Assembly: GCA_043228905.1 (NCBI GenBank)
Contig: JBHGNT010000010.1
Span: 1,178,001 to 1,242,000 of the forward strand
Direction: 5' to 3'
Length of the DNA stretch: 64,000 nucleotides
From: Azolla caroliniana
Taxonomy: Eukaryota; Plantae; Polypodiophyta
Numbering within the stretch: the stretch's first letter is position 1; each line of letters starts with the position of its first letter. The position numbers were made by a program, and so were the translations under genes. A model generated the notes under the pieces. The model worked only from the letters and a program-made list of their open reading frames with translations, had not been told where the DNA came from and ran no database searches. Below, piece after piece: positions 34,851 to 47,982 of the stretch.

Positions 34851-35997
34851 AGCAATGTCTGACAGAAGGACATGTCGGTGGCGGATTACACGGCCCGGAT
34901 CAAAGAGATCTGTGACTCGCTTGCCTCTATCAATGTTACCATAGAGGAAGATGAGATGGTACAGGTCTGCCTTGGGGGCCTGGCGTCTAAGTTCAGAGCG
35001 TTCCGAACGACGGTGTGTAAAAGGGAGAATACGCCGTCATTTTTCGACTTACAGTCGATGCTCCTTGTAGAGGAGAACCACGTTGGTGCGTCAACTAGCT
35101 CACCCACTTACAGTCGGATGTTGTACACAGAGGCGGATCGATCCCGTGGACGTGGTGGACGAGGCGGGTCAGCACGCAATGGAGGTGGCCGGCAAGAGCA
35201 AGAACGAAGGCAAAGAGAACGTGCCAACAGCAGTTCCGGGACTTCCACAGGCAAGGGGAGTCAAGGCGGTGCCAGAGGCCGGCAAGACAAATCTGCAACG
35301 GAATGCTTGTATTGTGGAAGGAAGGGCCACCATCAAAGCGAGTACTGGAGAAAGCGCGCCGATTCGGACAAATCCGGATCCGGCAAGGCCGGCAAGGATG
35401 GGCGGCAAAGCTTGCACTACGTGAAGGGATCGGGTGGATTCAAGAACTGTAACGGGCCAACCTTGGTGATGAAGCACGAGGCGCTCGATGAAGAAGACCA
35501 CTTCCAAATCGGAGGAAGTGTGGTATGTTGATTTTGGTGCGTCGAACCACATGACGATCCACAAAGACTGGTTCTCTTTTAGGAGAAACCGGATCAACCA
35601 GTAGTAGTCGAAACCGGAGACGACACTCACCCAATCGTGCACGTCGGAGAAGTCCCATTTGAGCCACGTTGGACAAAAGGGGAAGCTGATGAACGTATTA
35701 CACGTTCTGACAATCACGAAGAACCTGGTGTCGGTCAGACAGATCGTCGACCAAGGGATGCAGGTTCGGTTTACGCACCTTGGGTGCTTCATCAAGGAGG
35801 TGGGCCAGATTATTGCGCAAGGGCGTAGAGACGGGAGGATGTTTATCCTCGACACGAATGACGTTGGCCCCGCTCTATTTGCAAAAGGACAGAAGGTCGA
35901 ATCAGACATCGACCTGTGGCACAAGCGTATAGGCCACGTCAATTACCGGAGGCTTCAAGACCTGCAAATGAAACAAGTTGTTTTCGGTTTGCCGAAG

Positions 35998-36035
35998 TTT
36001 AGGGTTTAGGGTTTAGGGTTTAGGGTTTAGGGTTT
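35998..36035 (+). repeat. Interstitial telomeric repeat (TTTAGGG)5 inside copia D
   Basis: Five perfect units; GGTTTGCCGAAGTT duplicated at 35986-35999 and 36031-36044. Confidence 0.95.
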
Positions 36036-38220
36036 GCCGAAGTTCAGCGGCCGGAAGGCCCAAGTATGTGAAGCCTGCCGATTCGGGAAGCAACACCAAC
36101 TTCCATTCCCTACCGAACGTAACCGGAGCCGTAACAAGCTCTACCTAATCCATTCGGATGTGTGGGGACCGGCACAGAATGTTAGTCTTGGCGGGAGTCG
36201 ATACTTCGTCTCCATCATCGACGACTATACGCGGCACACATGAATCTACCTCATTGAGCGGAAGAGTGAAGTCTTCGAGTATTTCCGAAGTCTCCAAAGC
36301 ATGGTGGAACGGGAATCGGAGAGGAAGATCAAACGCTTGAGGTCAGACGGCGGGAAAGAATACTTTTCCGGCCAATTCAACAGTTATGTGCAGCAAACGG
36401 GAATTCGGCGAGAGTTCAGCTTTAGATACACACCGCAACAGAACGGTGTTGTGGAGAGGAAGAACCGCTCGCTTATTGATGCGGCAAGGGCAATGCTGGA
36501 GGAGAAGAGCATGCCCAAATTCTACTGGGTGGAGGCAGTCCGAATGGCTGTCTACATCCAGAACCGGATCGGTGACAAGGTGTGAGCTCACGAGCTGTAT
36601 TTCGGGCGGAAGCCGAATTTGAGACACCTTAAGATCTTCGGTAGCATTGCATATGTGCATGTACCGGATGAGAAACAGAGGAAGCTGGATGCAAAATGAA
36701 AAATGCATCCTAATCGGCTATGCTCAAGAGCCAAAGGGTTATAAGTGTTATAACCCCCGAACAAAGCAGGTCGGAGTTAGTCGAGATGTCGAGTTTGATG
36801 AATCGGCATCATGGTACTCCATACCGACTATGACTTCCGAATTTGACCCGATCCCGGTGCATGAGGCTAGGGAGCCTGAACCAACCTACGTAGAGGATGA
36901 TGAAGCATGGACTCACGATGAGAGTCCGGAATCGTTCCGGTTGAGTGGGCCAAACGAGAGACTGAGTCAATCTGACCAGTCCGATGAGGAACTGGCGAGT
37001 AGTGGACACTTTGCCGTGCACTCCCCGTGCAAGGAACCGAGGAGATGGTTCACGCGCAAAGAGAAGGGGAAGAAGAAGATGGCGAAATTCGAAACTGGCA
37101 ACGATGAGTCGGATCGGTGTGCGTCTGACTCTGGCAAGCAGAATGGCGGATCTTCGGCAACGAAGACCAATCCGGCCAAGAAGGGCCTCAAATCGGGTAA
37201 CGGTGAGTTATGCCGGTCTACCCGCCAGAAGGATCTCGTCAAACGGTATGGGTATAGTGAGTACATAGTGAGTTCATCACATGGATGTGAAGAATGCATT
37301 TCTTCAAGGTGATCTTGAAGAAGAAGTCTTTATGACTCAGCCTCCCGGTTTTCAATCGGAGATGAACAAGTCGGCGGTATGCCGGCTGAAGAAGACATTG
37401 TACGGCCTGAAGCAAGCCCCTCTAGCTTGGAATGCGAAGATCAGGCACCGGTTGCGTAAGATGGGGTTTGTGGCCTCCAAATCGGACTCTTCATTGTTCA
37501 TCCGGCAAGGCTCAGCCGGTCCGGTATGTATACTGTTCTATGTTGATGATCTAGTCATCACCAGAACGGGTGTTCCAGAAATCAACCACGTCAAGTCCTA
37601 GTTGTCGGACGCATTTGAGATGAAGGATCTGGGGGACCTTCATTATTTTCTAGGGATCGAGGTGATCTGAACCCCGGACGGCATATTGCTCTCACAACGA
37701 CATTATGTCTTAAATATGTTGTACAAGTTCAGCATGACAGAATGTCGACCTATCTCCACACCCTTGGACCGGAACCAAACGCTTCGTCCCAACTCCGGAC
37801 TAGCCTACAATGAGCAACGGTTCCGACAAATTGTCAGAAGCCTTATTTACTTGACTATCATGCGACCGGACATCAGCTATCCGGTCGGAATGATAAGCTG
37901 CTTCATGCAGCAGCCGACCGTGGAGCACCTTCAGTGCGCGCAATAGATATTGCGGTATGTCAACGACACGAAGGACCGGGGACTATTATATTGGCGCGGT
38001 ATGCCCAAAGAGTTGTTCGGTTACACAAATGCCGACTGGGCTGACGATGCATCAGATCGCCGATCAACCTCTGGTTACATTTTTTCCCTAGGAAGAGTGG
38101 TTGTTGCGTGGCACAGCAAAAAGCAGGCAATAGTTGCTCTGTCGAGCACTGAGGTATAGTATCGTGGCGCTACCCTTGCCACTTGTGAAGCCATTTGGCT
38201 TCGGCGACTACTGCAAGACC

Positions 38221-41200
38221 TGTTAGAAATTGACGCTTTCAAAACCTTCACCTCTCGGCCACAACCGAGGAAACACGAATCAATGCAGCAGTAAATCGAA
38301 AACACAGAGAGAGACTCGAATGCACAGGGTTTAGCGTGGAAAACCCTAGACGGGAAAAAACCACGGGAGTGCAAGACTCCAACTATCACTATACGCAGGG
38401 AATGTACAATGGCGAGCTGCAAGGCGATGACCTTGAGCTCACTGTCCTCGCCACAGGCGGCGGTATTACACAGAGGCGTCGACCTCTTCCTTTCTCTCTC
38501 TCTCACTCTCTCTCTCGGCTGCTCTCACTTCACTCCCTCTAAGTGGAAAACAGAAAAATGAGCAACAACTACAAAACTGTTTGCCCTAAGTCATATTTAT
38601 ACACATATGACTTTCGGGCTATTTACAAATATAGCCTCGAGGGCCCTTGGCAAACATATTAACAAATATGTCCCCGCATCCGGATCTCTCTCCGGGTACA
38701 TTCGTCATCCGGCTCCGTAGCCGGGGTCTTCATCATCCGGATCCGAAACCGGGTCTTCATCATCCGGTTCCGATACCGGGTACTCCTCATTCGGGTCTTC
38801 ATTCCCGATTCCCGGACATCTGACCATCCCATCCGGAGGGACCGGAATCCCAACAAACTCCCCCTTCACTTCGGCATGGGATGTCTTTCCAGTCCGACCC
38901 TCTTCCGGCACGCTTCCAGCTTGTCGGGTGTGAGCACTTTGGTCAGCATATCTGACCCGTTCTCGTCCGTGTGGATCTTCGTCAGCACGAACTCCTGGTC
39001 TTCTATCCTTTCCCGGATCCAGTGATATCTTCGCTGGATGTGCTTCATCCGGGAGTGATAGGCCGCGTTCTTCGCAAGGTGGATGGCACTCTGACTGTCG
39101 CAGTAGAGTCGGTACTCCTCCTGCCGGATACCGAGCTCTCTAATGAAGTCCTTCATCCATATTATTTCCTTGCCGGCTTCAACAGCCGCCATGTACTCCG
39201 CCTCCGTGGTTGACAACGCAACCGTCTTCTGCAGCCTCGACTGCCACGAAACAGCTCCCCCTGCATACGTCATCACATACCCTGATGTGGACCGGCTGGT
39301 ATCTGCATCAGCCGACATATCCGAATCGGTAAAGCCGTCGAGTTCGGGCTTACCGGAGCCGAATCGGAGGCACACGTTTGCCGTGCCCTTCAGGTATCAG
39401 AGTATCCACTTGGCCGCGTTCCAGTGCTCTTTGCCGGGATTGCTCATGTACCGGCTCACCACTCCGACTGCATATCCTATGTCCGGTCTTGTACACACCA
39501 TTGCGTACATCAAGCTTCCGACGGCAGAGGCATATGGTACTTTCATCATGTCCTCCTTCTCAGCCTTTGTCTTGGGGCTTTGCTTGCTGGACAACTTGCA
39601 GTTTGCCGGGAGGGTTGACCCGACCGGTCTTGCTTCCGACATGTTGAACCGGTGAAGCACCTTTGTCACGTACTTCTCCTGTGACAGCCACAACTGCTTC
39701 TTCTTCCGGTCCCGGATGATGTGCATCCCTAGTATTTGCCTCGCCGGACCCAGGTCCTTCATTGAGAAGGTTCAGTGAAGCGCTTTCTTTAGCATCCGTA
39801 TCTTGACCTGGTCCCGTCCGACGATCAACATGTCGTCCACGTACAGGAGGAGTATTAGAAAGTCTCCTCCTTCGAACTTCTTCACAAACACGCAGTGATC
39901 GGACTGCGTTTTGTGGTACCCTTCGTCGGTCATGAAAGAGTCGAACTTCCGGTACCATTGCCGGGGAGCCTGCTTCAGTCCGTAAAGGCTCTTCTTCAAC
40001 CGGCATACCAGGTGCTCCTTCCCTTTCTTCTCGAATCCTTCCGGTTGCTGCATGTAGATCTCTTCTTCGAGGTCACCGTGAAGGAATGCCGTCTTCACGT
40101 CCATCTGTTCTACCTCGAGGTCCATGCTTGCCGCTATGCTCAGCACCGTCCGGATGGAGGTCATCTTCAATACCGGGGCAAATATCTCGTCGAAGTCGAC
40201 GCCCTTCTTCTGCTGGAACCCCTTCACCACGATCCTGGCTTTGTATCTCGGGGGGTTTCCGGCATCTTCCGGTTTCAGCTTGAACACCCACTTGTTTCGA
40301 AGTGCCCGCTTTCCTTTGGGCAACTCCACAAGTTCATATGTGTGGTTCTCATGCAGGGAATCCATCTCCTCCTGCATGGCACTTAACCACCTGCGGCTAT
40401 GGGTGTCAAGCTTTGCTTCTTCAAAACTCTCCGGCTCCCCCTCGTCGGTTAGCAGCACGTGCTCTGGTTCCGGAAATCTCCGGGGGGGCCTTCTCTCTCT
40501 TAGAGGATATCTCCGTTCCGGAGCTTCGGTAACCGGCTCCTCCGTTTCCTCTTCATCCGAATCCATTTCGGGATCGGGGCCGGTTCCGTTATCAGTTTCA
40601 TCTTCCTCGGCCGGTTCTGTTTCTTCACCGTCTTCGGCCGGATCCTCGAGTGCTAACCGGTCCCTTGCCGGTCGGGACTGCTCCTCGTAGAGTTGATCCT
40701 CACCGGTCGACTTGGAGCTCTCCATCTTCTTCTCCGACTCCCAGTCGGCGAGTGTCTTGTCCTCCATGAAGATGATATCACGACTCCGGAATATCTTTTT
40801 GTCGACTGGGTCCCATACTCGGTAGCCGAACTCGTCATCGCCGTAACCGAGGAATATGCATGGCCGGGTCTTTGGATCTAGCTTTCCTCTCCGGTCCTTT
40901 GTCACATGCACATATGCGAGACACCCGAACACCTTCAGATGCCGGTAGGATACTTCCCTACCGGTCCACACTCTCTGCGGCGTGTCTCCGTCCAAAGGTA
41001 CTGAGGGTGATCTGTTTATCATGTATGTCGCCGTCGACATTGCCTCAGCCCAAAACCCCTTGGGTAATTTCGCATGCGCCAGCATACTCCGAACCCTCTC
41101 CATTATGGTCCGGTTCATCCTCTCGGCCAGCCCGTTCAGTTTCGGCGTCTTCGGCACAGTAAACTCGAGCCGGATTCCCTTCGAGCGACAGTACTCCTCG

Positions 41201-43605
41201 AACTGCCCCCGGTATTCCCCTCCGTTATCCGCTCGTATCGCTTTCAGCTTCTTGCCGGATTCCCTTTCCACTCTCGCGTGGAGTTCTTTGAAGACGCACA
41301 ACACTTGGTCCTTTGTCTTCAACGGTGCCGTCCACAGCTTCCGGCTGTGGTCATCAATGAATGTCACGAAGTACTGGGCTCCGCCATGTGACTTCGTTTC
41401 TACTTGACACACGTCAGTGTGCACCAACTCCAATGGTGCGCTACGTCTCGTCGGTGGCCTTGAGTGGAAGGAGGTTCGGTTCTGCTTACCGGCCAGGCAA
41501 TCGGTGCACTTCTCCAGGTGCACATGCTTCACTGGAATAAGGTTGTCTTCTGCAAGCCTCTTCCTCCCCTTCTCACTCATGTGGCACAGTCTCTTGTGCC
41601 ACAGCTCACCGGCAGTGTCGGCTGCCACGTTCAACTCCTCCGGACACAACCAGGCATTCATAAGGTATAGTGTGTTGACTTTCCGGGCCCGAGCCACTAT
41701 CAGGCTCCCCTTGCTGAACTTCATTACGCAGTTCCGGATGCTACCTGTGTAGCCTTCATCGTCTAGCCTCCCGGCCGAAATCAGGATCAATCGAACCTCC
41801 GGAACGTGTCGGACATCCTTCAGCAACATTTTGCATCCGGTCGAGGTTGTCAACCACACGTCTCCTATGCCGGCAATCCGGCACGTACCTTCATTTCCCA
41901 TCCGAACACAGCCATGCTCACCGGCTGTGTAGGATGAGAAGTATCTTCTTTCCGGGGTCAGGTGGAACGACGCTCCGGAATCGACCACCCAGGTAGTCTC
42001 ATCGCCGGCAATGTTTAGTTCACCTTCTTCGGTGATGAGCATGATCTCCTCTTCACTTGCCGCGAGTGCCGTCGTTCCTTTCCGGTCCTGCCCTCGCCGA
42101 TCCGAACCATTCCGGTCCGTGGCTCCCCGGTAAGCTCCGTTCCGTTCCGAAGACTTCTTCGAATCGGTGTCGTCGGCTCCGTTGTCTTTTCGGTAATGCC
42201 GACAATTCTTTCGGAAGTGCCCCGGCTTCCCACAGTGGAAGCATGTGGGCCTTCCTCTTGACTGCGACCGGGTCCCCGACTTCTCCCGTCTTTGCGGACT
42301 CCGGTTCCGTTGTCTTCCCCGATCCGATTCGGTAAGCAGCATCTTCGGATCGGAGGCCGGTTCTTTATCTCTCCGACGCGCTTCTTCGTTCAAAATGCTT
42401 GTCTTTACCGTTTGTAGGGACAAGTTATCTTCGGTGCAGGAGGTGCTGAGAGTCACCACCAAGTTCTCCCAGCTTTCCGGCAATGTACACATCAGCATGA
42501 TGGCTTGCATTGCATCCTCCAACGGGAACTTGATCGCCGCAAGCTGGTTCACGAATCCCATGAACGTGCTTACGTGTTCCACCATACTCTCGCCGTCCCG
42601 GTACTTGAGGTTCACTATCTTCCTCATCAGGGAGGTCTGGTTCAACGCATTCTTCCTCTCGTAGAGGCCCGACAGCTTCTGCCACATCTCATATGCGTTG
42701 GTGTCGTTCGCCACATGTTGTAGAACGCTCACGTCGACATATTGCCGAATGGTTGCAACGGCTTTCCGGTTCAGAAGCCTCCATTCCGTCTCAAGTACCC
42801 CCTTGGGTATTTCCGACCTGTCGATCGGTTCATACAGGTCCCGAACAATGAGCAGATCCTCCATCTTTATCTTCCAGTCGGCGTAGTTCTGCGCATTCAG
42901 CACCATCATCCCCGGCTGCCCGCTGCTGCTGCCTTCCATTTTCTGCACTGTAGTCACTCTGATACCAGATTGTTAGAAATTGACGCTTTCAAAACCTTCA
43001 CCTCTCGGCCACAACCGAGGAAACACGAATCAATGCAGCAGTAAATCGAAAACACAGAGAGAGACTCGAATGCACAGGGTTTAGCGTGGAAAACCCTAGA
43101 CGGGAAAAAACCACGGGAGTGCAAGACTCCAACTATCACTATACGCAGGGAATGTACAATGGCGAGCTGCAAGGCGACGACCTTGAGCTCGCTGTCCTCG
43201 CCACAGGCGGCGGTATTACACAGAGGCGTCGACCTCTTCCTTTCTCTCTCTCTCACTCTCTCTCTTGGCTGCTCTCACTTCGCTCCCTCTAAGTGGAAAA
43301 CAGAAAAATGAGCAACAACTACAAAACTGTTTGCCCTAAGTCATATTTATACACATATGACTTTCGGGCTATTTACAAATATAGCCTCGAGGGCCCTTGG
43401 CAAACATATTCACAAATATGTCCCCGCATCCGGATCTCTCTCCGGGTACATTCATCATCCGGCTCCGTAGCCGGGGTCTTCATCATCCGGATCCGAAACC
43501 GGGTCTTCATCATCCGGTTCCGATACCGGGTACTCCTCATTCGGGTCTTCATTCCCGATTCCCGGACATCTGACCATCCCATCCGGAGGGACCGTAATCC
43601 CAACA
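38221..43605 (-). mobile_element. Full-length Ty1/copia element A2 (same family as A)
   Basis: 635-bp LTRs 38221-38855 and 42971-43605 (about 7 differences by eye), TSD AGACC, iMet PBS 42957-42967, PPT next to 38856. Confidence 0.97.
38866..42939 (-). pseudogene. copia gag-pol polyprotein of A2 with two premature stops
   Basis: All domains in one frame; TGA at 39772 and 39397 where element B has CGA. Confidence 0.95.
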
Positions 43606-46600
43606 AGACCTACGTATCGAGGTACCGACCCTGATTCTGGTCTACTACGCCAACATCAGCAGCATGCAACTCGCCAAGAACCCTGTATTCCATGCTCGCA
43701 CAAAGCACATAGAAGTGCACTATCACTTTGTGCTTGAGCGTGTCCTGAACGGTGAGGTCGAACTTCGGTATGTTCACACAGATCAGCAAGTTGCCGACAT
43801 CTTCATTGAACCGCTCGAATAGGACAAGTTGCAGCACTTCACCGAAATGCTTGGTGTTCAGCATCTCGACATGCCACACTTGAGTGGGAGAACGGGCAAA
43901 GACACCGGAATGGGCAAAGGCAAAGAGACTGTCGATTGCGCCGGTGAGGGAAGAACCAACGAAGGGAGAGTCAAGAAGAAGAAAGGAGCCGACTTGACAA
44001 GGGAAGTTGACACGTTCGAACAAGTCGGAACAAGCGGCAGCAGCGGTAGAGTCAAGAAGGACAAAGCCAACCGAAGGAAGAAGGCCAAGACCCGGACATG
44101 GTCCGATGTGGTGAAGTGCTTGGAACCAGAAGACAAATCGGGTGCAACCGATTCGGACAAGAGCTAGAACGAATCGGAGACAGTTGATTCGGTTCAACAG
44201 ACAGATTTGGAAAAACCAGATAATTTCAAGGCCATGCAGACACGGATGCAGCGGAAGTCGATGCCATCGCGGAGGAACCGACGGATCGGCAAGCGCCGGA
44301 GTCATAGCAGCGAAGGAGCTGAGAGGGGCCTATAGAGCAAACATACCGACTGAGAAGGTCGAAGCGCGCAAAAAAAGAGGGGTCGGGGAAACAGAACCGG
44401 ACCGGACAAGGAGCGCGAGCAAGGTGGAACGACGCCAGGAGAAGTCGGTTGGAAGAATCGACTGCCATAAAAGTTGACACTAGGATCCAATCTCAAGTTG
44501 AGCTTGAGGGGGAGTGTTGAGCGGCAAGCTCAACTAGAGCCGGATCGGTAAGCCGGTGAGCAACCGAGCCGGCAAACAACAGAGACAGTGAGCTGGGGAG
44601 CCGGTTAGCCGGATCCAATTGGTAACCGGAAGCCTAGTATTAGTTTAGACTACTAGGCAATTATAGTCTCGTAGTAAGTGTCAGATGCTCATGTGAGCAT
44701 TGAAGTACGCAATACTTCTGTTAGTCCCACGAGGACTTGTATAAATAGTGGTACTGAGCATAGTAGTATGGACAGAGTGATTATATTGTTTTGAATATAA
44801 CTTTTACGTTCTGCTCTCTCTGTCTCTCCCGTGTACTCTGTGTATTCTCTACTTTCTCTGTTTTCTAACACTTCCACAAGTAATTGTTCACAGTGATGAC
44901 TTCTGTATCGATGTCTTTGACGACATTTTCCGCATCTCCATGCGGCGGCGCTTCGACTATCCTCAAGAATCCCTCTAGACCGTGTTGCTTCAGCCATTTC
45001 TTAGCCGCTTCTGAGAGTACCATGCATTCCATGTCGTCGTCGGAGTTGATAGGTTGTGGTAAGATTGTTGTGCCTGTGTGTTCTACGTGCTCTCGCCTGA
45101 TCACTCGTAATCGCCTGTGTGTGCTGAGATCTCTGTGTTCGCGAAATGAAAGGGAATCTGTGGGGCGAAGGTTTTCTTTCTCCATGCGTGGAGCCTTTTC
45201 TAGATTCCCGCACATGCACGTCCTGTACTAATATAGCAGTCGGCTGACATGTGGTGCGTTTAATTAGCCACCCACCACACCTTTCCAATGTGCCTGTTTG
45301 TTCCTCGCCTCTGCATGATGAGTTTTCTTTTTCTTTTTTGACTTTTTTTTCAAATTGAGTTTTAGTTAACCAGAAGCACTGGGTCCGTATCCTGGTTTTT
45401 TCCCATATTCACATTTCCCGGCAACCTGTTTGTCGTTATCTGGTAACGCCGACTCTGCCCGACTTTTGGGTACTTTTTTCCTACTTCCTACTGTTGTATC
45501 AGCCTCCGTCTGCTCGAAGGGATTATGTGGCATAGGTCCACAATATGGTTTGAGTCGGAACCCATTGACCCATTTGCCCATTATCTCATCGGTGAGCGTT
45601 CCGAGCTGGTATGAACCGTTGAATTCCCGCATTCTCCAATACGGTCCGGTTCACCAGAACCTTAGCTTTCCCAACATCTGACCTATCTGGGTTTGGAACA
45701 CCAGTACCGGCTTGCCAATCCCAAACATCTTCTCATTGCCCTTCCGGTGGCGATCGACAAACGCCTTCCTTCATCGTTGCTCCAGTTCCAACTGCATGAG
45801 ACTTGCTATCCGATGCTCCTCGAGTTCGCATAATGCGGCTAACCCGATTTTTTCACTTAGTCGTTCTCTAACCTATATCCGCAAACTCAGAACCTGAAAT
45901 TCGATCGGCATTACTGCTTCAAGCCCAAATGCTAACCGGAATGGTGTTGACCAGATACTCGTTTTGTATGTCGTTCGGTATGCCCATAGTGCACTATGCA
46001 GCTTGGTGCCCCAATCAGTCCGGTTATCATTGACGATTTTTCGCTGGATGTTTTGGAGCATTTTGTTTGTGGATTCAGCCAGTCCATTGGCCTGTGGATA
46101 ATAAGGGGTACTATGCTTGTGTACCACGGCATAGAATGTTGTTAAGTTTTTCACTACTTGACCGAGAAAATGTCGGCCTTGGTCGCTTATTAACTCGATC
46201 GGGCATCCATACCAGCACCAGATGTACTCATATAAGAACTTTGTCATTGATGTCGTAGTGTTGTCCCGCAAAGCCTTGGCTTCTACCCACTTGGTGCAAT
46301 AATCGGTGGCGACTATAACATATCTGTTGCCGGTTCTCATTGCGGGAGGTTTAAATGGCCCAACGAAATCCAACCCCCATTTCTGAAATGGTTCTAAGGG
46401 TAGCACCGGCTTGTTCTGTTGGTTGGCCTATCCGTTGACATAAATCACAAACTTTTGCGTACCGGACCGAGTCCTTCAGTGTCGTCGGCCACCATAGCCC
46501 GTTGTGCCATATCTTTCTTGCTATAGCGTCCCCGACATAGTGCCCTCCGGCAACGCCACAATGTGCTTCTCATAATATTGTGTCCTTTTCGTCGCTTCGC

Positions 46601-47348
46601 ACTGCTCTCCGACATATGCCATCTGCGTCTTTGTGGTACAGGGTGTCCTGTAGTAGACCAAAATGTCGGCTTTGTACTGCTAACCGCTTCCGCTCATCCT
46701 GGTTCATCTCGTTTGGTGGGAGTCCCGTGCTTAGGAATTGATGCATGTTGGTTAGCCATTTGTCTTCGTCGACTACCGTGCTATCGACTGCCATTTCTGT
46801 TGTTACTTTAAACAACTCGCAATCTAGAAACTCATCCAGGACTCCATCATCGGTCTCGCCGGAGTCTAACCAGCTCAGATAACTAGCAACCACATGCTGT
46901 ATTCCCGATCGGTGATATATTTCGAACTCAAACTCTTGTAGCAACAATGTCCATCGGGCCAGCTTGCCGGTGAGCGATGCCTTTGAGACCAAATATAATA
47001 GCGCTGAGTGGTCGACATGAAATGAAAATTTCCTTCCCAATAAATAGTGCTTGAACTTGGTAACATTGTAAATCATCCCTAAGGCTTCTCTTTTTGTTGT
47101 TGAATAATTTCGTTCCGCCTGGGATAGCTTCTGGCTAGCATAATAAACTGGTCGGTACCATTTGGGTTCGGTCAATTGCGTTAGTGCACTGCCGATTGCT
47201 ATGTTGGACGCATCAACGAACACGTGGAATTCTTGAGCAGTCTGGTGGTTGCACCGCCGGTGCTTGTGATAGCAGTACTTTCAGTGTCCGCTAAGCCTCA
47301 TCCTCCATATTTGTCCAATGAAACGGCGTCCGATGAACCGCGGCATGC

Positions 47349-47982
47349 AAGGTGTAGCAAGATCGGCCAAATACCTGAGCATCCGGCTATGCCACCGGAT
47401 TTGCCCTAGAAACCGACTCAAAGCTTTAGCCGTGGATGGTGCTGGCGCCTCCAAGATTTCTTTGACCTTATCGAGGTCTACCACGATCCCGTCCTTGCTG
47501 ACAAGATGGCCCAGCAATGCAACGCTTGTTACTCCGAACACACACTTTGCTGGATTCAGGCTTAACCGATAACTCCTGCATTTCTCAAGACATAGCCGGA
47601 GGTGTTGGAGATGTTCTCCTTCTCGGCTATACATGGCGAAGTTGTCCAGGAATACCTGCATGAATAAGGTGTAGCAAGATCGGCCAAATACTTGAGCATC
47701 CGGCTATGCCACTGGATTTGCCCTAGAAACCAACTCAAAGCTTTGGCTGTGGATGGTGTTGGCGCCTCCAAGATTGCTTTGACCTTATCGAGGTCTACCG
47801 CGATCCCGTCCTTGCTGACAAGATGGCCCAGCAATGCACTGCTTGTTACTCCGAACACACACTTTGCTGGATTCAGGCTTAACCGATAACTCTTGCATTT
47901 CTCAAGACATAGCCAGAGGTGTTGGAGATGTTCTCCTTCTCAGCTATGCATGGCAAAGTTGTCTAGGAATACCTGCATGAAT
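47349..47982. repeat. 317-bp tandem duplication in P2 RT/connection region
   Basis: 47349-47665 repeated at 47666-47982 with scattered substitutions. Confidence 0.9.

Larger units (their letters stand above)
34853..44870 (+). mobile_element. Second-lineage Ty1/copia element D, 5'-truncated, decayed; 3' LTR 44515-44870
   Basis: gag (MSVADYTARIK, CLYCGRKGH), LWHKRIGH, IHSDVWGP, RSDGGKEY, RT FYVDDL, RNase H split by element A2; PPT GAGGGGGAG before TGTTGAG. Confidence 0.88.

Noticed and set aside
35998-36035. True chromosome end or scaffold join
   Set aside because: The copia sequence continues in frame on both sides of only five repeats.
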